From Octopus sinensis (Eukaryota), in contig NC_043015.1 in the NCBI RefSeq assembly GCF_006345805.1, positions 33,914,001-33,978,000 on the forward strand: a stretch of 64,000 nt of DNA, given 5' to 3'. Both the position numbers and the translations under genes were made by a program. Below the pieces are notes generated by a model. The model worked only from the letters and a program-made list of their open reading frames with translations. It did not search any database and was not told the origin of the DNA. Positions 26,549 through 40,106 of this stretch are shown in pieces; positions within the stretch are counted from its first letter, which is position 1, and every line of letters starts with the position of its first letter.

Positions 26549-26824
26549 TATTATTTTTATATAAATTTCATTCAGCTTTGTAAACAACTTACCTAAGTAT
26601 TTAGTTCACCTCCCCATTCATATGATACACTTCTTCACTGTAATTTACTATTCAACCACTATTCATTTACCTATTATTACCCTAATTATATTCACATTAC
26701 CCACTAAACAACCTTTAATCCCCTAATTTGGGCATATACCAATATAAACCTTAAGACAATACTCAGTCTGCTGCAGTTCTAAAATACAATACATAAAAAA
26801 CCTAATAGGATATCTTTTTCCCAC

Positions 26825-26907
26825 CCCTCTGAAATGATTTTGCCTAATATAATGATTTTAATAATTGCTATTTAATCTTTTAGGCTTAATTGAAACAGCT
26901 GTAAGGG
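26825..26907 (+). ncRNA. Type I hammerhead-like motif with variant core, in a Penelope-like remnant
   Basis: ccct-CTGAaaTGA-tttt-gcctaa...ttaggc-ttaatt-GAAAC-AGCT-GTA-aggg; helix I ccct/aggg; palindromic AGCT loop. Confidence 0.55.
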
Positions 26908-27142
26908 ACTATGTTCGATTTTTGCAGATAATAAATTTTCATTAAATGTTTTATCTCCATTTTCTTACTTTCTTTTGAATGATTAAAAACCATGATTTAT
27001 ATATAAACCTATTGCTTTATGAATGTCATTATTCGCAGCAAATATTAGGTACTGAACCAGTAATTCATTGGATGATAACATCCCTTAATGAGGCTAATTT
27101 AATCTCTAATTGAAAATATATATATATACATACACACACACA

Positions 27143-27546
27143 CGATCGTTGCCAGGGCTGCTGACAGGCTCCTGTGTCAGTGGCACATAAAAAGCACCAT
27201 TCGAGTGTCATCGTTACCAGCATCGCCTTACTGACACTTGTGCCAGTGGCACATGAAAAACAACATTCGAGCGATGTCATTGCCAGTGCCGCTGGACTGG
27301 CTCCTGTGCAGGTGGCACATAAAAAAGACCATTTGTGTGTGGCCGTCGCCAGTACCAGGTGACTGGCTCTCGTGGCATGTAAAATCACCCACTACACTCT
27401 CAGAGTGGTTGGCGTTAGGAAGGGCATCCAGCTGTAGAACCTCTGCAAGATCAGATTGGAGTCTGGTGCAGCCATCTGGCTCACCAGTCCTCAGTCAAAC
27501 CATCCAACCCATGCCAGCATGGAAAGCAGATGTTAAACAATGATGA

Positions 27547-27550
<4 letters not shown>
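27143..27550 (+). mobile_element. 5'-truncated RTE LINE 3' UTR with four diverged tandem units
   Basis: gtggcacataaaaagcacc-type motif four times, then UTR and (gat)n tail. Confidence 0.85.
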
Positions 27551-27592
<42 letters not shown>

Positions 27593-28539
27593 ACATATAT
27601 ATAGTCGTGTGTGTGTGTGTGTGCATTAATTGCAGTATTTGGTTTTGTCTCCATGAAATATCCTACCAAGTATATTAAAAGTTTGCAAGTAAATAATGCG
27701 TCTTACTTTTGTGTTACCATTGCAGTATTCTCACTTTTAACTTGTACTACTGGCTCTGAATTCTATAGAAAATCTATAGAGATAAACTTAAAAAAGATAC
27801 ATAAATATGTGTGTGTGTGTGTATTAAAGTGTGTAAGAGGTGGAATATGTAGGAGTATATGTCTGTTCATAAATACATAGAGACAGTCACAAACAAATAC
27901 ATATACACACATATAGATATTGAATCACAAATGTACAGACACACACAGTTCTCATCATAATTTGAAGAAGTTAAATCATAAAGACAGACAGACATATTTT
28001 TAGATAATACAATGAAACAATCTGAGTGCAGCAAGTTCAGGTGGTTGGCATCTCATTTGGTAATGGAAGCTAAAAACTGGAAACGATGTCCCAAGATACT
28101 TCATTGAGGTGTCTTCGGGGAAAGAGAAAGGAGCTGAGACTCGGATCATTCAATAATTAAAACAAGACAACTCACAGCCTCTAAGATGGATTCTTGAAAA
28201 CAAGCAGACATCCTGCATTGGGTTGCACTCTATACAAATGCAGGTTGGTTTTGTTTGTTGCAACTGTTACTATTACCGTTTCTGTTGCTGCTCTTCCTCC
28301 TCCTCCTCCTTTCCAGGCTCAATAACTCAAAGCACCTGTCTTACACTGGGGTTGATATAATTTATTGTTCCCAAGGTATATAGCCTTGTGTTTATTATTA
28401 GAAATCATAATCCTCATTATCATACCTACTACCACTACCACCATTGTCATGGTCATTGATATCCTTTTAGTTATCATCATTGTTGTCATCATCATCATCA
28501 TCCACCACCACTACCACAACACCATCTTACCACCCTCAT

Positions 28540-28985
28540 TCCACTCGCAAAACATTGGTCAGTCTCAGACTACAGCAGTATTGCCCTTTTCTTGGCGGGG
28601 TCCTTTTCAGTTTGAGCCTCATTGTCACCATGACCAAATCATGATCACTGTTGACATCTGCACCAGAGAAAGTCCTTGGTTCTTGCTTTGCTGATGCTGG
28701 TGGTTTGGGTAGAGATAATATGTCAGTTTCCAGCAGCAGCATCCTTAAAAATGGATGGGTACATCTGACTCTCACTTTTGGCTCTGAGACCGTTCTCAGC
28801 TGCACCCGGGTAACTGCTTCAGTTGGTAGGCTAAACCTGAAGAGAAGATGGGCACTGTGAAACATTTCTAAGCCCCACTGAAATGTCATAATAGACACAC
28901 AAACAAGACTTTAAAATGCTGGACTGGTCAAGGCCTGGAAAAATCAATGACCACACTTTCCATTGCTGTTCCTCAGGGTGGAGGC
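28540..28985 (-). mobile_element. Degenerate LINE AP-endonuclease fragment (RTE-like)
   Basis: RTFSGADVNSDHDLVMVTMRLKLKR contains the APE SDH motif. Confidence 0.7.
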
Positions 28986-29754
28986 AAATAATGCTTATAT
29001 GTTATATATGAAAATAAAGAATAAGCAATTCAACAACGATCGGACCACAATTTGTATCAAATTAATGATATAACAAGGAGATACAAGTTGCCAAAATCAT
29101 CTCAACTTGTTAAGTAAGAATGCCTTTTTGCAAGACAAATAATTTGGTCACTTTCCTTGATAACTTTCCAAAGACTTTACGAGGCCAAACGCTACACTCA
29201 GCCATTAGTGAGAGTACATTTGTATGTATCATGTGAAGCTGTGAGGTAAGAAATTTGTGTTTCCCAATTGTACAAAAAGGAACATAGGCCTCTGTTGATA
29301 TTTTGACAAAACAACAATTTATTCCTTATATACACAAGAGAAGATAATTGTTATTACCATGAATGACAAAACATCAAGAGAGTTTTTGTTTTTGGTGTAA
29401 GTTATAACAGCAGAGAAAATGTGGTTAATTGCTTGCCAGCTACTAACTTCTAGTGTTGTTCGTCCTCTGACTGTTCATTGTGTTGTCAGCTGTTGTCCAC
29501 CATCTCTGTTGGTCGATTCCTACAGTGTCTGTCAATGCTCTCTCTCTCTGCTGCATCCCAAAACTCTCTGTCTCGTGTTCATGCTGTACTGAATTTATAC
29601 TGGTCGATAGGCTCAGAAGGAAGTGTGCCTAAAGAAAAAAGATCATTGCTGGATCTTATTTGACACAAAGTTGTGATTGATCAGATTTCGTTGATCCTGT
29701 TGGTAATATTCTAGTAAATTGTTATATCAGGTGATTGCTGAATATTCCCGCAAC

Positions 29755-30300
29755 ACAACCACATGGTTCCAGGATCAGTCCCACTGTGTGGAACCTTGGG
29801 CAAATGACTTCTACTATAGCCACAGGCTTTACCAAAGCCTTGAGAGAGGATTTGGTAGACAGAAATTGAAAGAAGCCTGTCATCATCTTTTAATGTCTGC
29901 TCCCCAAGGGCTGGAAGGTTTGACATGAAGCTGGCCAGACTACAAATGATGGTCATGACATGGTTTCTATGGCTGGTTAGCCTTTCTAATGCCAACCACT
30001 TAACAGAGTTTGCTAGGTACTTTTTATGCATCACTCCCGCAGGTGCATTTACACGGCTCTGACATGGGTGTGTTAACACAGCATCAGCATGGGTGCTTTT
30101 TAAGTGGCACTGGCACCTAAAAGGACAAACCTGTATGTGTGGAAGATAGCAATTTTGCTTAGCTTGATGTGTCTCATCAAGTACAGCAAATCACCACATC
30201 TCCTGGTCCCTCAGTGAGGCCCAGCATCCGAAGATCCTTTCTCACCACTTCATCCCATGTCTTCCTGGCTCTACCCTTTCAACAGGTACCCTCCACATGC
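29755..30300. mobile_element. CORE SINE 5' part (+) abutting an old RTE 3' end (-)
   Basis: SINE at 29755-29880; catcatc tail, UTR and GRARKTWDEVV-coding segment on the minus strand to ~30300. Confidence 0.7.
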
Positions 30301-32048
30301 GTCTGTGTTCTGTGTATGTCCTCCCCACCCCCCACTTAACAATTGGTAACTTTGTATTTTAGCAAAAGCGATTGGTAGAATAAGTTTCAGGCTCCAAGAA
30401 ATAAGTACTGGAGTGTATTAGTTCAACTAAACCATTCAAAGTAGTGCCCCAGCATGGCCACAGTCCAGTGACTGAAGTGATTATCCAAGCGGCAGAATGA
30501 GCATGTGTGAGTGTGTACAAGTATGACTGGAACTGTGAAGTTTACAGAGGAAAGAACACAGTCACCAAATGCTTCAATATTAATAATTTTCTCAACAAGT
30601 CAGCTATTTATAGATCAAGGAGTCTGGCATTGGTCTGCATCACCACAGAAACTTATTCCAAATTCACAACCTCTCCTATTTATAGATTCAGACCATTCAT
30701 CATACGGAACTTTCAGCAGTTTATTTGCTGATAACTCTGAAAGATTGTAGGGAGAAATTCTCCCGAGTATTTGTGTCTAGACTTTGTTTTACATGATGTC
30801 ACATTCAGATTAGACAAGACAGAATTGGAAAATTCTTCACTCCCCCCACCCCACACACCAATTCATGTCACCAATATATGACCAGGTAATCAATAATCTT
30901 AAATAACAGTGTTCTTCCTCTTTCCCTGATCTCTGCTCTCCATACAATATAAAAGTAGCACTATCTTCATAAACACATAACCACCATGACCTCTGGGTCA
31001 CCCTAACTTTCGGCAGATTGCTGTGGGTATTTCATGATAGTTCTATGTTACCAAGCAACATTTCTCATTACAGACTGGAGATATTATTTCATTCATTATT
31101 TAGTTAATAAATTACTCATATAAATGTAATTCCATTATTGCATAATAGAATGGGAGTCTTTGGGAATTTATGGCAGCAATGATATACCCAGATTTTATTC
31201 CATCCACACTGAATTCATATTATCACCCAGACATTCAAACGTCTGTTGATTTCTTTTAGTATTACACAACTCTGAGAGGCATGAATTCATTCATTCTTTT
31301 TCTCTTTTTAATTTAGAATAAATTTTGACCAGTTACCTGCATAGTAACAAGGTTACAAAGGAAAGTGTTTTGTTTTGTTAATCATCTTTAAACCTTATGA
31401 AGGCCTTGCAAACTTTTATTGCCCCAGATATTGTGATTGATTGTAGCATATGAATTAAGGAGTTGCATTCTCTTCCTAATGCCAACCCCTTTACAGTGTG
31501 CAGTGAGTGATTTTTTTCATGCCATTGACAAGTAACTTGCAAGACAGAAAAAGAGCAGGCAAAAAAAAAGCCCTCTCAACTAGAAATGCTGGAAAGAATA
31601 AAGGTTTACCCAGAAAAAAGGGTCAATTACAATTTCAGAAGAATAGAAAGGTGTATGCAAATATTCATATGACTTTAGGGATCAATGATTGATCAATAAT
31701 GTCATAACCAAAACATTTTGGAGCAGAAAGTAGAGTTTGTGTAGGGCAAGGGTTGATCTTATGGTTTTTGGTAGTATTCCCAACAAGGGGATTCACCATT
31801 TTAACATCCACTTTTCTATGCTTGCATGGGTCAGACAGAATTTGTTAGATGTCTTTTCTGTTGCCAACCCTTACTTGTTTCCCAGTAAAACAATATTCCT
31901 CAAGACCAATCATGTTTTTATGGAAGATTGGAAATGGTGACACTTGTTTATAACTATCACATGATGTCAAGGCAAGGAGTCACGTAACACATACATGCAC
32001 ACACACACACACATGGGTGATGGGCTTCTTTCACCTTTGATTCTCTTT

Positions 32049-32405
32049 TTACAGGTGCACATTCAGAGTTGGTCCTTTCACACTGGCCATTCTTCCGACA
32101 TTCACCCACCTTTCAACAAACTTGTTACAAGGCAACACTTGCCTCTCCATCCTCAACTTCCTTTTCAAGTGAAACTTGGAAAAGTTGATGAGGGCTTGGG
32201 CAAAGAGGAAAGTGCCTGTCTTTAGCCCTTTCAAACAGGCCCACCATACTACTTCTTTTACTACAGCCACTAGACAAATAAAAATTGCATTCCCCTCCCA
32301 GCTAAAAGAGGGTGGTGGGACAATCTTCACAATGGATTCAGCAGGTATTCAATAGAAACCCACAGGTCAGCAATACTTGGGCACTGGACTAGGGCATGCA
32401 GAAGC
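32049..32405 (-). mobile_element. L1/Tx1-like ORF2 C-terminal remnant
   Basis: LLHALVQCPSIADLW (zinc-knuckle HxxxxC...W) followed by AIFICLVAVVKEVVWW...ER...FVERW. Confidence 0.65.
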
Positions 32406-32618
32406 ATTTATACAATTTTATTTCTCATTAAAATTTAGTACAGCCATTGTTGCCTGGTTGTGTGTGTATGTCTTTCCCAATGTATATGTGTCTGTAAGTG
32501 TACTGGTCTGTATCTATATGTATTTCTTTTGTCTGTGAGTTTTTCTGCATGTCTGTTAGTCTGCTTTTGAATAAATGTTTTGAGTATGTGAGTGTCTATC
32601 TGTTGCTGTATATATATG

Positions 32619-32682
<64 letters not shown>

Positions 32683-33454
32683 CATGCATGCATACATATG
32701 TCAGTATGTATCTATGTGTGTGTATGCATGTGTGAGTGTATGTATGTGTGAGTGCGTGTGTTCATTGGATAGTTATGTTATTTCCGACAGTGGGAAATAA
32801 CTTCAACTAAGACCATAAAAAGATGAAGAAAATTAACAAACTTGCATCGTGACGGAGACAATAATTTATTACAACATGTGGACAATAAATTAAGAAAATG
32901 TCTAATAAACAGTAATTAAATGTTTTAGGTTTTCTTCTCTTTCACTTTGGTAGAATTTAGTAAAATTACTGAGAATGGTTTTGACTTTATAAAGTATCTA
33001 AGATTTAGATATACACATGCATGGCTGATTTCTGTTGAGAAACAGTTAAAACAAACATAAGTAACATTACATGAGGTAATTGTTGTTGTTGTTGTTGTTG
33101 GGGGTGGTGGTGGTGGTTCTGTCAATGTCGTTATTGTTGATGATAATGTTCTTGTTTTCCTGTTGTTTAACCTCAAAATAGCTCTGATTTGCTGGTCTCA
33201 GATCAAAAAGAGCTCCAACAGTTACAAGCCAGTAGTTTTTAGGGCACAGTATATCTTGGACTACATTAACCACTGTGTTGCTACTTTTTAGATTAGAGTT
33301 TGATTTGTGGAAGTTTTGGCTGCTATGTCTATAAGGTTGTGTGGACCACAATGAAGCTCCCTGGTTTGTTCAATGCATGAGATGAAGAGTAATAAAAACA
33401 CAAGTGTGTTGTAAACTACACACACACACACATAGATACATACACACACACTTC

Positions 33455-33900
33455 ATGATAGAGACCCTCCTGAAAGTGATGGATTTCCTTGATGTAACCT
33501 TGGACCTGGAACCTGGTACCTATAGGCTCTTTAGGAAACCAAATGAGAAGCTGTCTAACATTAACACAGGTTCTTGCCATCCAGCCAGAGTGTTCAGGAA
33601 CCTGGTTAAGGTCGTCAGCAGGAGAATCTCCAGCTTATCCTCAGGAAAAAGAGATCTTTGATGCTGCTGCTCTGTACAACAACTGGGCTCTGGCTGCCAG
33701 TGGTTTCAAGGAAAGAATAGACCCTAGCCTCACCAAGAGAAAGCACCACTGGGAAGTGCTGTAGTTCATGCCCCACCTTCTCTTTAAACATTAAGACCAG
33801 AGTAAGTAAGATCTTCCTTAGTTTACTTGATAGGCACTTCCCCCCTGTACTAACAGATTCAATAAAATATTTAATTGACATAACCTGAGACTATCCTTTA
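33455..33900 (+). mobile_element. Penelope-like element RT thumb/linker remnant, frameshifted
   Basis: DFLDVTLDLEPGTYRLFRKPN...SCHP...RRISSLSS and EIFDAAALYNNWALAASGF match Penelope RT motifs FLD, YRKP, SxHP and LxxSG. Confidence 0.85.
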
Positions 33901-35389
33901 GCTGTGCATGTAGTGTGTGCATGTGTGTAAAAGATTATAACGACCGTATTTTTCTACTGATTGTGCTGAAATTTTACACAAAGGTAAAAGATGCCACAGT
34001 GGGTGCATCAGTTAAATTTCATAACATAATCGTTAAGTTTCAAAGTGAGATTTGCACTTTTTTAATGAAAATCTTGATGGAAAATCCAATTTCAATAGCG
34101 CTTATTGGCTATCATTCTGCAAATCACGTACGAACAGCCACTATGTTCGTCCACTCAACATCAAAGCATTAATTGCATTAAACAATTCTAAGCAATTTCA
34201 TGAAAGAACATATGTGGTTGCAGTAAAAATCGATATCATTCGAGAATGAACTGTACTCGAACACGTGCATCCAGGCAGGTCATTCTGCGTTTAATAAATA
34301 AACTGACACAAAAGAGTAAGAAGACAAGGCAATTATTTTGAATAAGTAAAAATGAAATAAGATATTAACTTTAGTAAATAAATGGCACGAAATGGCGATC
34401 AGTCGACTGTGTGAATATTTTTCTCACAACAAAATTCAATTGACAGGAGAAAATGACAAATTGATTGGAAACTGAACGTGGAAATTTGGGTGACAAAGAT
34501 CTAAAACTTTAGCTGACAGTTTCTTAGATAAAACAAAAAATGAGCGATATTTTTTTACTTATGTGTGACTCACTTGATTTGACACGTACATACCCATTGT
34601 TTATTCTTTAATTCCATTTCATGAAGAAGGAATATTAGCATCAACGTTTCAAATTATGAGTCACTTTTTTTTTTATCAATAAGCATAAATGAACAATATT
34701 TTGGCAAATTCTTATCATTTTTACAAATTTTACAGATCAAATTCATCAGTTACATTCTAAAAATTGCACAATTCGGTTGGTTCTGATAGCTTATCCATCC
34801 ATAAGGTTTGCTACTTTAACACTCAACACCGCATATTGCTGAACCCTATATCCCATTTGAAGTTTTCCAGTTACGTGGACTTAAAAAACTTTATTTATAA
34901 AGAATTTTCATTACTTCCAAATTGATATAAGGTAATTTTAATGTTAACATCCTTTTTTCCCCAAAGAAGCCTGGTTTTGGCTGAACATTCATTTTCAGAG
35001 AAGTCCTACAAATCATTTTGATTTGCACATTGTTTTTTAAAAATTTCACTTTTAAGTGTGATATTTCTTAGAAATACCCTTTATCTTTTGCAACCTATCA
35101 GTGCACCGGTGTTTGCAGTGATCATCTACATTTTATTACAATAGCATGTTTGGTCGATAGAATTTCAATTTTCTTGAAATACGTTCTGTCCACAATGCTT
35201 ATAGATGTGAATGCACATTCACAACTGTCCACATCCACCTGTCATTTGGTGCTTACAATACCATAGCAAATAGTTGAGCACTTTAGGGTTGTGGGAATTT
35301 TTTGTGGGAAATACCATATTTAGTGCTTGCAAACAATATTGAGGTAAATTTAATTGATTTTTTTCAAGATTCATTCAATTTCAGATTTT

Positions 35390-35660
35390 CAATAGGATGC
35401 CTCGAAAATGCAAGAGTCACATTGGTAGAAAAACAAAAAAAAATGCTTCCATTTTGCATTCCTTGTGGGCAAGCGAGACAGAAGAACAAGGAGTGCTTCG
35501 GTGTGCTCGCAGTGGCTGCTTCTACTTCAATCGCCAGAGCATCACAGACTGCTCAGCAAGCAGAACTCCGGTGTGCTCGCAATGCTGCTTCTTATGCAGT
35601 CGCCAGAGCATCACAGACAGAAGTGGAATTACACTATTTTAGACTCCAGTCCTACCACGA
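35390..35660 (+). mobile_element. Helitron Rep N-terminus-like remnant within a mosaic of DNA-transposon debris (~33910-37050)
   Basis: MPRKCKSHIGRKTKKNAS, then repeated ARASQT..Q..LRCARNAA units resembling the start of Helitron Rep proteins. Confidence 0.5.
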
Positions 35661-37080
35661 ACTTACACCATCCAATGGACAGGGGTGGGGGCGTTTGCCA
35701 GTAAACAATAAATATACATGCATAATACTCGCTGGAACCCTTACAGTGTGTTGATCTGAGCTGAGTAACAATAATTGATTTGATCACGCATGTGGATTTG
35801 TGTACATGTGACTTATTTTTTGTTACTTATGATATTGCAACATGGTGCAACATGATGTTGCTCCATGATGCATGAATACCATTTCAGAATATGGTCACAA
35901 TAACCCATGGTGCAGCACAAGCAACATTTCATAAAAGATCAACACGGAAGACCTACTGCAGGCATGGGCAACCCTTTCCAAAAAGTGAAACTGAACGGAT
36001 CCTGACTTTGTTTTTGCTCTTCGATTACCGTCGCAAACAGCAGTAGCTTTTTTCAACTGAATACACGTCACTGATTGGTTAAAATTACCTAAATATGACA
36101 ACTTTAACACGAAATAACTTCTAAAATGCAAAATTTTGTCAAACATGTTGAAAGTAAACTGTGTTCAGCATGAGAAATTACACCAGTATAAATTTCAAGC
36201 TATTTAATTAAAAAAACAATAATAATCAAAAAATTTGTGAGTGAAACTGAACAGATCCCAATGTTGCATTTTAAACTTGAGAAAAAATCCTATTTGTTCT
36301 TACCTTCTTCATTCGTGTATGTAAAAAGCCACAAATTTCCAGGAAGAAAACGAAATCAATGTCGGAAAAGCCGTATTAGTTATAATGTGAATGAAGAAAA
36401 GGAAGAAATGTGAATTAATACTTACTACTGATTAAAGAAAATGCGAAAGAATGAAATATAAATGACATTGATTTCTATTAGTTTTAAGCTAAATTAAACA
36501 AGAACTGTTGAAGTATACAAAGCATTTTATGAAATTCATAAAAATATTGTCTTTTCTCAAGTTTAAAATGCGACATTGTTTTTGTTCTCTCCATTTCCCA
36601 CTTCGACAGGTGTGTTTGCAGTTGACAAGAGACAACGTGTGGTTCTTGGAAACTGATGAAGATAATGGCAGTTCTGTGACAATTCTGAGACTGAATACGA
36701 GTGAATGCCCGTTTGTTTTTGGAACAAAACATGTCAATATCCGCCAATATTTTTAAATACTGGAAACCTTACGTTCAACGAAAGATTGCAAAATTCAAGA
36801 AATATTGTACTTAATCATTGTTACGTATGGGGTTTAGTCGAACCGCTTCAAGTAATGGTACTTGGGGGGGGGGGATGCTTAAGAAATGTAAATAAACAAA
36901 TTTTAAAATGAAAACTCTGTGCATTTAACATTAGGCATTGTCTTTCTAGGATTCAAGGGAAGAAGCTAAAAGAAAGAAAGAAAGAAAGATTAATAATAAA
37001 AATAATAATGAAATTATTGTATACAGTGCTCAGGTGCACCACAATTAAAAATCAAAAGAAAAAGGGTAGATGAGGAAAAT

Positions 37081-37756
37081 GGGGCTAATGCAATTTCTCG
37101 TTTCTCTTTGAAAAATGCATTTTTGGGGGGAAAAGTTTTTCCGATTCCTACGTTTTAGATATCGGAGTGAAGTGACGAACTAATGCAAATCGGAAAGAAT
37201 TTATGTTTTACTTGTGTTTGCCTTAAAATAATCGTAAATAGTAATTTAATGTAAATTAAATATACACCATTTTATGAGAAAACAGACATTTATGTTTAAT
37301 AATTAATGTTATAAAGTTTAATAAGAGGCTCAAATTTCACCCCTATCCCCAATTTTAAATGTTGAACTTTTTCATCCATTTATTTATCTGTCTGTCTAAT
37401 TATTCTAATTATTCCTGTCCGTTTATTCATAAAATATATTTGTCAACTAAATGTGGCAGTCCTATAGAAGTAGACAATGTTATTTTTGTTTTTAAGCCCA
37501 GGGAGACATTCATATCTATCTCTCTATACACATATCTATTTGCTTATTGAATTTAAAATGTTATAAACGTGGTTTCTTGCATATTTGGAATCTCCATCAT
37601 CTAAAACATAAGGGAAAAAAAGTTCAAAATTTTAAGGAAGGAGGGCGAGTGGGTTAAAAAACTTTTTTTGCATATTTGTAATCTCCGATATCTAAAACTT
37701 TGGGGTTCCGGAAAATTTTTTTTCGAAAAGGAGAGAAGCAAAACTGCCTCAGCCCC
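37081..37756. mobile_element. MITE with GG termini and 8-bp TSD (Merlin-like)
   Basis: Imperfect TIRs ggggct...gttttagatatcggag and ctccgatatctaaaac...agcccc; exact TSD aggaaaat at 37073-37080 and 37757-37764. Confidence 0.8.
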
Positions 37757-37849
37757 AGGAAAATAGTTTGACTAAGCATTAAACACTGAGTAACAAAATA
37801 TAGACAAGTATTTATCATCCATTTGTTATTGATGTAAATAGGAATAATT

Positions 37850-39563
37850 TACTCACAAATGAGAAACCTGGCATTCTACACTTTTTATGAGTTTCTCAAT
37901 ATTTACAGGAATTTGCGATGTTGCAGCTCAGTCTTCCAGATGAATCTCTGTCAATCTTGACCTGGTTTTCGACTTTTATTATTTTCATTCTAGAAAAGAA
38001 TCGTTCCCATTTACACGGCCTACAACCAAACATGGTGGCATAGCTTTTAGCAAAGAAAACTAATTTTGGTTTTCTTTGGGTAGAGTTCCATAGAAATGCA
38101 TTAACGATTCCTCTTTAAATTTTTGCCAAAGAAATCCATCACTGAAGCTCAATTAGATTCATTTGAAATTCCTTTCGAACATTTTCAACATATGTGTTAA
38201 CGGGATTTCCAAAAAAGATTAAAATCAGTTTAAATCTGGTCTCCAGTCCATTTTTTTGTCTCAGCTCAGTTCCACAGCAGACTCATTCTATCCAGACGTT
38301 GACTCATGAATGGCTTAGTGGGGGGGGGAAATGGAAAGCACCACCGATCCTGAGTTGATTCTCCCAAATTTGAAGTTTTGCTTGAAAAGCTTTGACATGA
38401 GAATACATCTCATGAATTTACTGATTTAGTTTTTGCAATTTTAAATTTAAATCCTTTAAAATGTGTCGTTATATCCATGAGGAATGCAAGGTCACAAATC
38501 CAGTTCTCATTTTCCAGCTCGGGAACAAATTTACCCTTTCTTTCTAAGAAGGTACATACCTCTTCTCTAAGGCTATAAAATCGTTGAAGCAGCTTCGTTT
38601 TAGCCAACAAACTGCACAGTAGTAAACAAGGTCACCATTCTCTTATTCAAGTTCTTCTAAGAACTCTTTAAACTGGCGATGCTTGGGATTTTATAAAATT
38701 GATGGTTGAAACAACCACACCCTTAACAATCTCAAATTTTAGAGACTTTGCACACAGATTTTCTTGATGAATTATGCAATGGATCGTTGCAAAGTTACTG
38801 TTCGCTAAATTCAAAGGAGTTCATTCTTTTAAGTTGGCAAGAAAGCCTGTCTTAGACCCAACCATTGCTGGGGTCCCGTCTGTTGCTACACAGATGAATC
38901 GTTCAAGCGAGAGATTCAACTTCGAGGTTGCTTTCTTCACTTCTTCATAAATTTTATATCCTGAAACTGTCTTTCATTGTCTGAACACTGAGCAATTCTT
39001 CGGTGATATCAAATACTTAATCAATACCACGAATGAAAATTGCCAGTGGAGTGGAATCAGAAATGGGTGCACATCGTGGAGACATAATCCTCCCACTTTA
39101 TATTTTAATTTTGTTTCTTTTTACGGAAACCCACGTTTTCGTTTATAGAGATTCCGATTCGGAAAATAAAATTGGCAAAAATGGCAACTTCAAAATTTCG
39201 ATTTCTCCATCGGATGTTTTGCCATTTTTCCATGAACAACATAGTTTACATGTACGATTTTTGTTTTTAGTCCAGTTTACTTTTTGGAAAAAAACATATT
39301 TCGTCTGTCGATCTGTCTCTAAAGGGATTCAGTTTTTTGCTGTCTCCTTTAAATTTATCCTACCCCGAATGTTTTGAAGTGTAATGCTGCTTAATATTAA
39401 ATTCTTTAAAAGCGAAGACAGATTCAAGATGTATTAAACACATTGGTTTATTTTTTATTTCAACAAATAAATAATCATTTGTCCACTTTTCCTGGAATGT
39501 TCTCATTTCTTCAGAAATTTTTCTGTTTTTTGTGGGGGGGGGGGGAACCATTAGCTTCGACAT
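37850..39563 (-). mobile_element. Degenerate hAT transposase (SPIN/Buster/GTF2IRD2-like), interrupted near 39060-39290
   Basis: RTFQEKWTNDYLFVEIKNKPMCLI...KEFNIKQHYTSKH; ATDGTPAMVG; IHCIIHQENLCAK; LQRFYSLREEV...WICDLAFLMDITTH; many stops and frameshifts. Confidence 0.9.
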
Positions 39564-40106
39564 GGAAAATTAAAATTCAAAAAATACAGCATTTTGCCCC
39601 CTTAAACTTTGGAAATTCCGTTAACCTTGCTTGATAACCTTACACGAATACCTCGTGTTTACAGGCTCTGAATTATCATGAGTTGTTATAAGCAGTGGAA
39701 TCAGAAGTTGAACATTAAGTCAATACTTTTCTTTTTGTTGAGTGTCCCGAGTAGAGATGCAAATTGTAAGGCTCTTGAATATTTGGATTGGTGTAGACTG
39801 ACTCTGGGGCACGCTGAAAATTGTCTGGTTGTCTGACGATGGCGAATATTTTTTGTTTCTGACTTTGGCGAGACGTTCAGAAAGCTTCACATGCTGCTGG
39901 TCAAAAATATTTGGTTATATACAGGTGTGGCTGTGTGGTAAGAACCCAACCACATGGTTCCGAATTCAGTCCCACTGCATGGCACCTTGGGCAAGTGTCT
40001 TCTACTATAGCCTCAGGCTGACCAAAGCTTTGTGAGTGGATTTAGTAGATGGAAACTGAAAGAAGCCTGTGTTTGTGTGTGTATCTATCTATCTATCTAT
40101 TTATAT

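Noticed and set aside
30500-30830. CR1/Jockey-like ORF2 fragment
   Set aside because: Only faint motif resemblance (WH...PLL...LFADNS); too weak to call
37850-39563. Domesticated GTF2IRD2/ZBED host gene
   Set aside because: Multiple stops, frameshifts and an internal insertion indicate a dead transposon
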